From an uncultured Gemmatimonadales bacterium (GTDB taxonomy: Bacteria; Gemmatimonadota; Gemmatimonadetes; Gemmatimonadales; GWC2-71-9): a stretch of DNA of 64,000 bases. Of the stretch, positions 20,189 to 29,331 are shown in pieces. Made by a program: the position numbers and the translations under genes. A model generated the notes under the pieces. The model was not told the origin of the DNA. It saw only the letters and a list, made by a program, of their open reading frames with translations, and made no database searches. Location: assembly GCA_963798915.1 (NCBI GenBank), contig CAWCVB010000002.1, forward strand, positions 576,001-640,000. The letters run 5' to 3'. Numbering within the stretch: position 1 is the first letter of the stretch; the number at the start of each line of letters is the position of its first letter.

Positions 20189-21874
20189 ATGTTCCGACCT
20201 GCATCGCTACTGCTGGCGCTGGCGCTGGCGGGCTGCAACCCGTCGCCCGAATCCCGCGGCACACTTCTCCCGCCTGCGACGGCCGATGTGGTGGTGTACG
20301 GCCGCATCTGGACTGGCGACACCGCGGCACCCTGGGCCGGCGCCGTCGCAATCGTTGGTGACACCGTGGCGGCGGTGGGCGACAGCGCATCGCTCGGACC
20401 TTGGATCGACTCATCCACGACGGTGCTGAACAACGGTCGGGCCATGGTGACACCCGGCCTGATGGACGACCACACGCACTTTTCCTCTGGTGGATTCCAG
20501 TTGGCCAGCGTCGACCTGCGTGACGCCGCCTCGCCGGCCGAGTTCATCCAGCGGATCAAGGCGTACGCCGGGACACTCAAGCCGGGCGAATGGATTACGG
20601 GGGGCGACTGGGATCACGAGCGCTGGGCCAATGCGCCGCTCCCCCGGCGCGAGTGGATTGATTCGGTCACGCCCCGGAATCCAGTCTTCGTCAATCGGCT
20701 CGATGGGCATATGGGCCTGGCAAACAGTCTCGCGCTGGCCGCGGCACACATCACGGCGGCGACCCCGGATCGAGCGGGCGGCACCATTGTCCGGGACGCC
20801 AATCGGCGGCCCACCGGCATCCTCAAGGATGGTGCGCAGGACCCGGTCTATGAGGCGATGCCCGCGCCCACCCCCGACCAGGTCGATTCCGCCATGGTCC
20901 GGGCAACCAACTGGGCGGCCTCCAAGGGGGTGACCGGCGTCTCCGCAGTGTCCGCGCCCTGGTACGAGATTGCCTCGGCCCGGCGGCTTCGGAAGGCCGG
21001 CCTGCTCAAGACACGCATCAGCTTCTATCCCGCCCTCGCATCCTGGCGCCAGGTGGCGGAATCGGTGCAGGCCAACGGACCCGGCGATGACTGGATTCGC
21101 GTGGCAGGAGTGAAGGGGTTCGTGGACGGCTCCCTGGGTTCGGGCACTGCGCTGTTCTTCGAGCCCTACGCCGATGACCCCTCCACGTTTGGCCTGCTGG
21201 TCACGCCGGAAGACTCCCTGCGCCGATGGATTGGCGCCGCCGACAGCGCCGGGCTCCAGGTCGTGGTCCACGCAATCGGCGAGCGCGCCAACGCGCTGAT
21301 ACTGGATATCTACGACAGCGTGATGCAGGCCCACGGCCAGCGCGACCGGCGCTTCCGGGTGGAGCACGCCCAGCACTTGCGCCCGGCGGACGTCCCGCGC
21401 TTCGCGCGCCTGGGCGTGATCGCCTCGATGCAGCCCTACCATGCCGCCGATGACGGCCGCTGGGCCGTCAAGCGCCTGGGGCCCGATCGGGTGAGCCACA
21501 GCTATGTGTTCCGCTCGCTGCTCGATAGCGGCGCCCGGCTTGCCTTTGGATCGGACTGGAGTGTCGCGCCGCTGGATCCGCTGCTGGGGATCGCCGCTGC
21601 CGTCACGAGGCAGACGCTGGACGGCAAGAATCCTGGCGGGTGGTTGCCGGAGCAGAAGATCAGCATTGATGAAGCACTCCGCGCCTACTCGGTCGATGAT
21701 GCCTACGCCATGTTCGCCGAAGGCACCCGCGGCATGCTCAAGCCCGGCTACAAGGCGGACCTGGTCCTGCTTGACCGCGACCTGACAACAATCCGGCCCG
21801 ACGAACTCTGGACAGCCAAGGTCCATGCGACCATGGTGGGTGGGAGGATCGTCTATCAGCAGGATTCGCGCTGA
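20189..21874 (+). CDS. YtcJ-like amidohydrolase_3 family lipoprotein
   Basis: Lipobox LAGC; DDHTH, KGFVDGSLG, HAIGERA, EHAQH, FGSDW. Confidence 0.9.
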   Translation: MFRPASLLLALALAGCNPSPESRGTLLPPATADVVVYGRIWTGDTAAPWAGAVAIVGDTVAAVGDSASLGPWIDSSTTVLNNGRAMVTPGLMDDHTHFSSGGFQLASVDLRDAASPAEFIQRIKAYAGTLKPGEWITGGDWDHERWANAPLPRREWIDSVTPRNPVFVNRLDGHMGLANSLALAAAHITAATPDRAGGTIVRDANRRPTGILKDGAQDPVYEAMPAPTPDQVDSAMVRATNWAASKGVTGVSAVSAPWYEIASARRLRKAGLLKTRISFYPALASWRQVAESVQANGPGDDWIRVAGVKGFVDGSLGSGTALFFEPYADDPSTFGLLVTPEDSLRRWIGAADSAGLQVVVHAIGERANALILDIYDSVMQAHGQRDRRFRVEHAQHLRPADVPRFARLGVIASMQPYHAADDGRWAVKRLGPDRVSHSYVFRSLLDSGARLAFGSDWSVAPLDPLLGIAAAVTRQTLDGKNPGGWLPEQKISIDEALRAYSVDDAYAMFAEGTRGMLKPGYKADLVLLDRDLTTIRPDELWTAKVHATMVGGRIVYQQDSR

Positions 21875-22938
21875 TGCGATTCCGCCGGCTGCTTCCGGCG
21901 CTGTCCGTCTTGCTCACGGCGTCAACGCTCCAGGCCCAGCAGGCCGACTCGGCCGCCGCCGAAGCAGCACCCGACTCGCTGGATGCGGAGGTGCAGTACC
22001 GGCGGGCCCTCAAGGCCTGGGACGCCGGGAAGCTTGACGAGGCAGACAGTCTCCTGCGCCTGGCAGTCCTGATCGAACCCCACTATGCCGAGGCCAATCT
22101 CGCGTTGGGATATCTCCCGCTCGAGCGCTACCCCAAGCTGCGCGAATGGGAGGAAAAGGACCGGGTGCCCGACAACCTCGCCTCGGTGGTCGAGGAATCC
22201 GACCGGCGTATCCGCCTGGCGGTACTGGTTGATCCGTTCGTTGGTTCCGGACGATCGCCCTTCGTCTTCCTGCCGGCCTGGGCCATGAAGAATTTCACGC
22301 CCAAGGAGCGGGAGAAGCTGCCGACCTGGTTCTTCTACTGGCGCGGCCTCAGGTTTGCCCGCGGCAGCGATTACGCAACCGCGCTGGGCGACCTCCGTGA
22401 GGTGCTTGACCGGCTCGGCCATGCCAGTGAACGCACCCCCACCAATGCCCTGCTGCCACTGGTGGCCAATGAGATCCGCTATATCATGGCGGTCATCGAA
22501 CTGAAGGCCGGGCGCACCGTTGATGCCCGGAAGCAGTTCGAGCAGGTGCTGGCGCAGGATCTCGGGATGTACATGGCGCACGTCAAGCTGGCCGAGCTGC
22601 ACGAGCGGAATGGCGCATGGAATGCAGCGTTGCGGGAACGGCAGCGTGCCGTGGAGACCAATCCGGACGATCCGGCGCTCTTGTTTGATCTCGCCACCGG
22701 CCTGGCCCGTGCCAACCGCTTTGCCGAGGCCGACAGCGCCGTATCGCGAGCGATCGCGCTCAATCCGCACAACCCCGGCTATGTCTACCTGGCCGCGCGG
22801 GTCCGACTGGAGACAGCCGATTCGGCACGCGCCCTGCAGGGTTTCCAAAAATTCCTGACGATGGCTCCTGCGTCGCTCAAATCGGAACGTAACGAAGCCC
22901 AATCGACGCTGGATCGGCTCGCCCCGGTGGCCCGATAG
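21874..22938 (+). CDS. Secreted tetratricopeptide repeat protein
   Basis: Signal peptide; TPR patterns (ETNPDDPALLFDLA, ALNPHNP). Confidence 0.85.
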   Translation: MRFRRLLPALSVLLTASTLQAQQADSAAAEAAPDSLDAEVQYRRALKAWDAGKLDEADSLLRLAVLIEPHYAEANLALGYLPLERYPKLREWEEKDRVPDNLASVVEESDRRIRLAVLVDPFVGSGRSPFVFLPAWAMKNFTPKEREKLPTWFFYWRGLRFARGSDYATALGDLREVLDRLGHASERTPTNALLPLVANEIRYIMAVIELKAGRTVDARKQFEQVLAQDLGMYMAHVKLAELHERNGAWNAALRERQRAVETNPDDPALLFDLATGLARANRFAEADSAVSRAIALNPHNPGYVYLAARVRLETADSARALQGFQKFLTMAPASLKSERNEAQSTLDRLAPVAR

Positions 22939-22994
22939 CCGCTTCGTTTTCGGGCCAAGTCGCCGTGGATTCCCCTGTCGGCTGGAGGAACGAG

Positions 22995-24134
22995 ATGCGG
23001 ACGCTTCCCGTGGTTCTCGCATTTTGCGTCTTCGCTGCGGCGCCCGCCTCCGCCCAGAAGATCAGTCTGGCGGTGTCACTGGATGAGCTGCAAGCGGCTG
23101 CACAACGAGATTCCAACGATGCGGCAGCCCACTACAACCTTGGCATCGGCTACTTCGCCAAGCGTCGCTACGATGACGCCGAGCATGCCTTGCGCGAGGC
23201 TCTCGCCATCGAGCCACGCTTTGCCGATGCGTGGCTCGCGCTGTCGGTGATCCACGACAACGACGACGATTTCTGGAAGCAGATCCGGAAGTCCGATGGA
23301 GACAGCGCTGTCCGCCAGCGGGCGGAAGAGTATGGCCGCTACTACCGACGCGCGTTCCTCATTGATCCGCTGGTGGACATGCGAGTGCTGGCGCCCACCT
23401 GGCGGGTGAGTGGTTCCGGTGATTTCATCAAGGGATTCAAGGCCCTGATGGAGGGACGCTACGACGAGGCCCAGGTCCGGCTCGCCAAGGCGGTGGACTT
23501 CTATGACGGTGCCCTCACGTCCACCGGGGCCGACCGACTCCGCTGGCTCAGTGCCATGGCCTCGGCGCGGGCCGACAAGTCGGATGCGGCCATTGCCACA
23601 CTGCAGGCGCTCATCCAGCACGTCGACGCGCGCAAGGCCAATCCTGACACCACCGACTTCACCGAGCTCGACGGCGCGGAGATGCGGCAGGTGCTTGCGG
23701 CGCTTCGGCAGCGTTCGGGTCAGACCGCTGCGGCCGTCACGCTGTATCAGGAAGTCCTTACCCAGGACATCGGCAACTACATGGCGCACGTCCATCTTGC
23801 CGACATCTACGAGGGCCGCCGCGACTTCACGCGCGCCATCGTGGAGCGTGAGCGCGCGCGCGACACCAACCCCGACGACCCGTCCCTCCTGCTTGACCTG
23901 GGCGTCACGCTGGGCAAGGCCGGCCGGTTTGCCGATGCGGCGCGCGAACTCCGCACCGCGGTGGAGCGCAATCCGCGGGATACGCGCTCGCTCTTCTGGC
24001 TGGGCATGGCCGAGGAGAAGGCCGGTGATGCGACGGCGGCGCGCGACGCCTATACCACCTTCCTCGCCGCGGCGCCCAGCCGGTTTGACCGCCAGATCGC
24101 GCTAGCCAAGCAGCACCTCGGGACACTGCAGTGA
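22995..24134 (+). CDS. Secreted tetratricopeptide repeat protein (paralog of upstream gene)
   Basis: GGAGG RBS; signal peptide ASA-Q; AAAHYNLG, DTNPDDPSLLLDLG, ERNPRD. Confidence 0.85.
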   Translation: MRTLPVVLAFCVFAAAPASAQKISLAVSLDELQAAAQRDSNDAAAHYNLGIGYFAKRRYDDAEHALREALAIEPRFADAWLALSVIHDNDDDFWKQIRKSDGDSAVRQRAEEYGRYYRRAFLIDPLVDMRVLAPTWRVSGSGDFIKGFKALMEGRYDEAQVRLAKAVDFYDGALTSTGADRLRWLSAMASARADKSDAAIATLQALIQHVDARKANPDTTDFTELDGAEMRQVLAALRQRSGQTAAAVTLYQEVLTQDIGNYMAHVHLADIYEGRRDFTRAIVERERARDTNPDDPSLLLDLGVTLGKAGRFADAARELRTAVERNPRDTRSLFWLGMAEEKAGDATAARDAYTTFLAAAPSRFDRQIALAKQHLGTLQ

Positions 24135-25681
24135 GGGGCGTTGCTGCCGTGCTGCTGGGCCTGGCGCTGCCGGTCACCGTCCAGGCGCAGCAGCAATCCG
24201 AGCCGCCCGCCTATGAGCTGCTGCAGACCTTCTCGGGACTGCTGGGCCAGGTGCGCGCCAATTATGTCGATACCGTGACGACGTCGGAACTCGTCTATGG
24301 TGCGATCGACGGCATGCTGCACAGTCTCGACCCTCACAGCCGCTTCATGCGCCATGCCGACCTCGAAGCGGAGCTGCAGTGGTCCACCGGCGAGCTGAGC
24401 GGGGCCGGTCTGGCCCTGGAAGATGTCGAGGGCGAACCGACCGTGGTCGCCGTCTATCGGGGCAGTGCGGGCGAACGCGCGGGCGTCCAGCCGGGCGACC
24501 GGCTCCGGTGGATCAACGATACCTCGGTCGTGGGGCTCGCCTCGACCCGAATCAATCGCCGGCTGCTTGGCGCCGAGGGCACCAGGGCCAGACTGGGACT
24601 GGCGCGCGGCTCCCGGCTGGAGCCGGACACTTTCAATGTGGCGATCAAGTATCGTCCGCTGGAGCCGCATGCCGTGAGTGACGTGCGCCTCCTGGATGCG
24701 TTCACTGGCTACATCCGGTTCCAGGAATTCTCCGCCAACGCCGGCGACGACGTCGAGAAGGCGTTCGGACAGCTCAGGAAGGACGGCGCACGGCAGGTCA
24801 TCCTGGACCTGCGCGGCAACCCGGGCGGCTACGTGGCCGGGGCGGTGGAAATCGGGGGCAGCCTTCTGCCCAAGGGCACGCTGGTCTTCTCCGCGCGCGG
24901 ACGCCGTAGCACCGACAGCACCGACTTCCGGACCAGGCGGGACGGCAAGTTCCGGGAGGTGCCGCTGATTGTGCTGATCGACGGCGGAACGGCCAGCGCG
25001 GCCGAGGCGCTGGCCGCCTCGCTGCAGGACCATGACCGGGCCCTGCTCATGGGACGGCGCAGCTTCGGCAAGGCGCTGATCCAGCAGCTCCTGCCAGTGC
25101 CGCCTAATGGCGATGGGGTCTGGCTCACGGTCGGCTACGTGGTGACGCCGAGCGGCCGAGTGATCCAGCGCCGCTACAAGGGGCTCGATGTGGGGCAGTA
25201 TTACTCGCTGCGTGCCGGCGATCCCGGTGATACGACGAAGGTGTTTCACACCGACGCAGGGCGGGAAGTTCGAGGTGGCGGCGGGATTGCGCCTGACATC
25301 GTCCTGCCAGAGCAGGAAGACGCGCCGGTCTGGTGGAGCCTGGCCGCCGACAGCAGTTTCGCCGTCGCCGTGGCCGACAGCGTGGCGCCCCTGCTCGGCA
25401 CCGATGACGCCGCCCGTGCGGCATGGATGAGTGATACCCTCGCATGGCGCACGCGGCTGCTGGTGCCGTTCATGGCGCGGGTGCACAGTCACCTGCACGT
25501 CTCTGGCCAGGTCTCGCCGGGTGTGGAAAATCAGATCATGCGTCGCCTGGCCTCACGCGCGGCGGAGGTGCGGTGGGGCGTGGATGCGCGCGATGAGCTC
25601 CTGGCCCGAAGCGATGCAGATGTACGGGCAGCAATGGGGGCCTTTGACAAGGCAAGGGCGTTGGGCGGTCGCGGGTCATGA
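24131..25681 (+). CDS. S41 family C-terminal processing protease with PDZ domain
   Basis: LDPHS, PDZ (SAGERAGVQPGD), DLRGNPGG, TASAAE (Ser), FGKA (Lys), GGGIAPD. Confidence 0.92.
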   Translation: MRGVAAVLLGLALPVTVQAQQQSEPPAYELLQTFSGLLGQVRANYVDTVTTSELVYGAIDGMLHSLDPHSRFMRHADLEAELQWSTGELSGAGLALEDVEGEPTVVAVYRGSAGERAGVQPGDRLRWINDTSVVGLASTRINRRLLGAEGTRARLGLARGSRLEPDTFNVAIKYRPLEPHAVSDVRLLDAFTGYIRFQEFSANAGDDVEKAFGQLRKDGARQVILDLRGNPGGYVAGAVEIGGSLLPKGTLVFSARGRRSTDSTDFRTRRDGKFREVPLIVLIDGGTASAAEALAASLQDHDRALLMGRRSFGKALIQQLLPVPPNGDGVWLTVGYVVTPSGRVIQRRYKGLDVGQYYSLRAGDPGDTTKVFHTDAGREVRGGGGIAPDIVLPEQEDAPVWWSLAADSSFAVAVADSVAPLLGTDDAARAAWMSDTLAWRTRLLVPFMARVHSHLHVSGQVSPGVENQIMRRLASRAAEVRWGVDARDELLARSDADVRAAMGAFDKARALGGRGS

Positions 25682-25842
25682 GTCGCGGGTTATCGGTCGT
25701 CGAGAGGTCGAGCGAAGATAGCGTGCGCGCAGCGGGCTCGCGCCCCATCCCGCATTCATGAATGGGCTTCCTCCCCGCCTGTCTGCCTTAGTATCCGCCT
25801 TCCCCCAACCCCCACTTTGCTGCATCTTTCCCATTGGCGACA

Positions 25843-25878
25843 CTCTGCGTCCTCTGCGTCCTCTGCGTCTCCGCGGTG
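25843..25878. repeat. CTCTGCGTC nonamer x3 followed by TCCGCGGTG
   Basis: Directly visible upstream of the E1 gene. Confidence 0.75.
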
Positions 25879-25948
25879 GATTCCAGGTAGGGTGGGCGCC
25901 CGGACGCTTCATCCGCAATGTGCGGACTTCTCCATGGACAGGAACACG

Positions 25949-28081
25949 ATGGCAACCCGCACCAGTACCCGGAAGAGCAACGCCGCCTCCCAGCGGCTCG
26001 ACAAGACGGAACTGCTCGACCTGTTCCGGATCATGTTCCTGTCGCGCCGGCTGGATGACAAGGAAATCCAGCTCAAGCGCCAGAACAAGATCTTCTTCCA
26101 GATCTCGGGCGCCGGCCACGAGGCGGTGCTCGCTGCGGCCGCCAAGGCCTTCCGGCCTGCTTACGACTGGTTCTACACCTATTACCGTGACCGCGCCCTC
26201 TGCCTCGGGCTCGGCATGACCGCGACCGACCAGCTGCTCTCGGCGGTCGCCGCGGCCGATGACCCCAATTCGGGCGGGCGCCAGATGCCGTCACACTGGG
26301 GCCACAAGGCGCTCAATATCGTGAGCGCATCGAGCCCTACCGGCACCCAGTTCCTGCAGTCGGTCGGCTGCGCCGAGGCGTGGCTGCGGTTTGAGCAGAA
26401 TGAGGGGATCGCCGACCGCGCGACCCATTTCCATGAAGACGAAGTGGTGTTCTGCTCAACCGGCGACGGAACCACCAGCGAGGGCGAGTTCTGGGAGGCC
26501 ATGAACACCGCCTGCAACCTGAAGCTGCCAGTCGTATTCCTGGTGGAAGACAACGGTTATGCCATATCCGTTCCCGTAGAAGTGGGCACCGCTGGCGGAT
26601 CCATTTCCAAGCTGCTGAGCGGCATGCCCGGCCTGTTCATCCAGGAGTGCGACGGCTGCGACGTGCTGGAGAGCTACGATACGCTGGTGCGCGCAGTGGA
26701 GTACTGTCGCCAGCGGCGGGGGCCGGCGCTGGTCCACGCGCACGTGATCCGCCCCTACAGCCACTCGCTTTCGGATGATGAAGTGTTCTACCGGTCCACG
26801 GCCGAGCGGGAGAAGGAGGCCGCGCGGGATCCCATCATCACCTTTCCGAAATGGCTGGTGGAGCAGGGCGTTGCCAGCGAAGAGGAGATCGAGGCCATCC
26901 GGGCTCAGGTCGAGGATGAGGTCAACGTGGCCGCTGATGTGGCGCTGGCTGCGCCGCAGCCTTCGACCGACACGGTGTATCAGTACGTCTACTCGCCCGA
27001 CGTCGATCCCGCCAGCGAACAGTTCGACACCGAGGATGATCCCCAGTTCACCGGCGATCCGACTACGATGGTGGACCTTCTGAATACCTGCATGAAGGAG
27101 GAGATGGCCCGCGACCCGCGCATTCTCATGTTCGGTGAGGACGTGGCGGACTGCAGCAGGGAAGATTCGCTGGAACAGGTCAAGGGCAAGGGCGGCGTCT
27201 TCAAGGTGACCTGGGGCCTGCAGCGCACCTTTGGCAGCAACCGGGTCTACAATTCGCCGCTGGCCGAAGCCAACATCATTGGCCGCGCCATCGGCCTGGC
27301 CACCCGCGGATTCAAGCCGGTCGTCGAGATCCAGTTCTTCGACTATATCTGGCCCGCGTACATGCAGCTCCGGAACGAACTCGCGACCATCCGCTGGCGC
27401 TCCAACAACGCCTTCAGTGCGCCCGTGGTCGTGCGGACCACCTACGGGGGATACCTCAAGGGCGGCTCCATCTACCATTCCCAGACTGGCGCGTCGGTGT
27501 TCACGTCAGTGCCGGGCCTGCGAGTCATCTGTCCCAGCACCGCCCTCGATGCCAACGGGTTGCTGCGCACCGCCATCCGCTCGGATGATCCGGTGCTTTT
27601 CCTGGAGCACAAGCATCTCTATCGCCAGACCTACAACAAGGCGCCCAATCCCGGTCCCAACTTCATGATTCCGTTTGGCAAGGCGAGGGTGGTGCGCGAG
27701 GGATCGGACATGACGGTGGTGACCTATGGCGCCGTGGTGCAGCGGACGCTGGTGGCCGCCAAGGAAATGGAAGAGCAGCATGGCGTGAGCGTGGAGGTCA
27801 TTGACCTCCGGTCGCTCAACCCGGTGGACTGGGAGACCATCTACGACTCGGTGAAGAAGACCAGCCGGGTGATCGTGGCCTACGAAGATTCGCTGAGCTG
27901 GGGCTACGGGGCGGAACTGGCGGCCCGCCTCGCGGATGAGACCTTTGCCTGGCTGGATGCGCCGGTCAGGCGTGTGGCCTCCACCGATACCTTCGTGGCC
28001 TATGCGCCGGAGCTGGAAGATGTGATCCTGCCGCAGGTGAGCAGCTTGCGGAAGGCGATGGAGCAGATGGCAGCATTTTGA
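25949..28081 (+). CDS. 2-oxoacid (probably 2-oxoisovalerate) dehydrogenase E1, fused alpha/beta
   Basis: [12 protein letters not shown] motif [41 protein letters not shown]. Confidence 0.92.
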   Translation: MATRTSTRKSNAASQRLDKTELLDLFRIMFLSRRLDDKEIQLKRQNKIFFQISGAGHEAVLAAAAKAFRPAYDWFYTYYRDRALCLGLGMTATDQLLSAVAAADDPNSGGRQMPSHWGHKALNIVSASSPTGTQFLQSVGCAEAWLRFEQNEGIADRATHFHEDEVVFCSTGDGTTSEGEFWEAMNTACNLKLPVVFLVEDNGYAISVPVEVGTAGGSISKLLSGMPGLFIQECDGCDVLESYDTLVRAVEYCRQRRGPALVHAHVIRPYSHSLSDDEVFYRSTAEREKEAARDPIITFPKWLVEQGVASEEEIEAIRAQVEDEVNVAADVALAAPQPSTDTVYQYVYSPDVDPASEQFDTEDDPQFTGDPTTMVDLLNTCMKEEMARDPRILMFGEDVADCSREDSLEQVKGKGGVFKVTWGLQRTFGSNRVYNSPLAEANIIGRAIGLATRGFKPVVEIQFFDYIWPAYMQLRNELATIRWRSNNAFSAPVVVRTTYGGYLKGGSIYHSQTGASVFTSVPGLRVICPSTALDANGLLRTAIRSDDPVLFLEHKHLYRQTYNKAPNPGPNFMIPFGKARVVREGSDMTVVTYGAVVQRTLVAAKEMEEQHGVSVEVIDLRSLNPVDWETIYDSVKKTSRVIVAYEDSLSWGYGAELAARLADETFAWLDAPVRRVASTDTFVAYAPELEDVILPQVSSLRKAMEQMAAF

Positions 28082-28158
28082 CAGGACGGGCAGGACGGAC
28101 AGGACGGGCGAGGCGGGCGGGGGGCCGGCAGGATGGGCAGGATGGGCAGGATGGGCAG
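28082..28158. repeat. CAGGAC/TGGG nonamer tandem arrays
   Basis: caggacggg caggacgga caggacggg ... caggatggg x3. Confidence 0.8.
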
Positions 28159-28170
28159 GTCTTCGTGGTC

Positions 28171-28210
28171 CGTCATTCCCGCGAAACCGGGAATCCATGA
28201 GGGCTCACCC
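28171..28210 (+). repeat. CGTC-tagged REP-like palindrome, copy 1
   Basis: CGTCATTCCCGCGAAACCGGGAATCCATGAGGGCTCACCC; second copy at 51010-51049 on the minus strand. Confidence 0.8.
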
Positions 28211-28226
28211 GGAATGCATCGCCATG

Positions 28227-28272
28227 ACCGACGACCGAGGACCGCGACCCGCGACCCGCGACCCACGACCCC
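28227..28272. repeat. CGACCCG-type heptamer array
   Basis: gaccgac gaccgag gaccgc gacccgc gacccgc gacccac gacccc. Confidence 0.75.
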
Positions 28273-28287
28273 TTTCCCGCAGGAGCG

Positions 28288-28785
28288 ATGAAACCCGACC
28301 CGGCTGTTCTGAACAGGATCAACGAGATTCTGGACGATCCCGATCGGCAGGACGAAGATTTCACCGCAGCTGATGGCCGTACCTACCGGATCCGGAAGCG
28401 GCCCGCTCCGGGCGTGAAGGCGATCGTGGAGTATCGGGAACCCGACGGCCCGTTCCATCGCATGACCGAGCTGTTCGATCCCGCGCCGCAGCGCCCGGCC
28501 AGCTATCCCGAGGACCTCCCGTATGTGCCTGGAGTGGAAGTCATGGTGGTCGGAACCATCCTGACCATTCCGCCGAGCCGGATGGTGAGCTGGGACGGTC
28601 TTGAAGATGCTCAGAACTTGGCGAGACAGGTGATCGAGCAGAGCGAAAACGAAGGGTGGGTGCCCACGGGCGAGCCACGGCCCAATCCCTTCGGCCCGAT
28701 GCTCGAGCTGCGCCGCGGATCCGCCAGTCGCCATCTGAGCGCGCGGGCGAGCAGTGTGTCCGTGTTGCAAACCGATCCCGAGTGA
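28288..28785 (+). CDS. Hypothetical protein
   Basis: AGGAG RBS, 165-aa ORF. Confidence 0.7.
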   Translation: MKPDPAVLNRINEILDDPDRQDEDFTAADGRTYRIRKRPAPGVKAIVEYREPDGPFHRMTELFDPAPQRPASYPEDLPYVPGVEVMVVGTILTIPPSRMVSWDGLEDAQNLARQVIEQSENEGWVPTGEPRPNPFGPMLELRRGSASRHLSARASSVSVLQTDPE

Positions 28786-29277
28786 GGTTCCTGGTTGCCG
28801 TGGCCGCCGTCTGCTGCGCCGCACCTGTGGTCCCGGTTCGCGCCCAGTCCCGGCCGCCCGCCGTCCAACTGGCCTGGTCGATTGCCGGAGATTCTGCCCT
28901 CCGGGCGAGGTACTCCCGGCGAATTACTTCCAGCAGTGATCCTCTTCAAATTGTGATTCTCAATAGCGGCCAGTGGCGGATGATGCCGCAGGCATGCCAA
29001 TGTCCGGCCGGGGCTTCCATCCAGCGAACGGATGCCGGGGGCGATCGTTGACACTGGCGCAGTAGTACCTGAGTGGGGCGAGGAGGTGCGATCTGCGCCG
29101 CGCGATGGCGCCGCTCTTCGGGACGACGGCCCTCTCAAGAGCGCGCGCGCGGACCGCCACGTGACCTGGTGTTCGGTCCTGACGGCGGAGAACGGACGGC
29201 GGACGGTGGGGAACCTGGAGACTTATTCAAAACTACCCGGTTGCTTCGTCGGCGCCGGCGGCGCCTCCTCGCAATGA
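28782..29277 (+). CDS. Hypothetical secreted Cys-containing protein; probable +1 frameshift in G5 run at 29037-29041
   Basis: GTGA overlap start; signal peptide-like VRFLVAVAAVCCAAPVVPVRAQ; removing one G joins ORFs ..29051 and 29032..29277. Confidence 0.5.
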
Positions 29278-29331
29278 CAACCAAGCGAGCTGTGGCTCCA
29301 GTCTCAGGGGCGCGGCATGCCGCGCCCCTAC
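29241..29331 (-). repeat. Adjacent TGTC-type and GTAG-type REP-like palindromes between convergent genes
   Basis: Minus strand TGTCATTGCGAGGAGGCGCC..GGCGCCGACGAAGCAA (29279-29241) and GTAGGGGCGCGGCATGCCGCGCCCCT (29331-29306). Confidence 0.75.

Noticed and set aside
25682..25948. TPP or other riboswitch upstream of the E1 gene
   Set aside because: No conserved aptamer core recognised; the region holds short tandem repeats.
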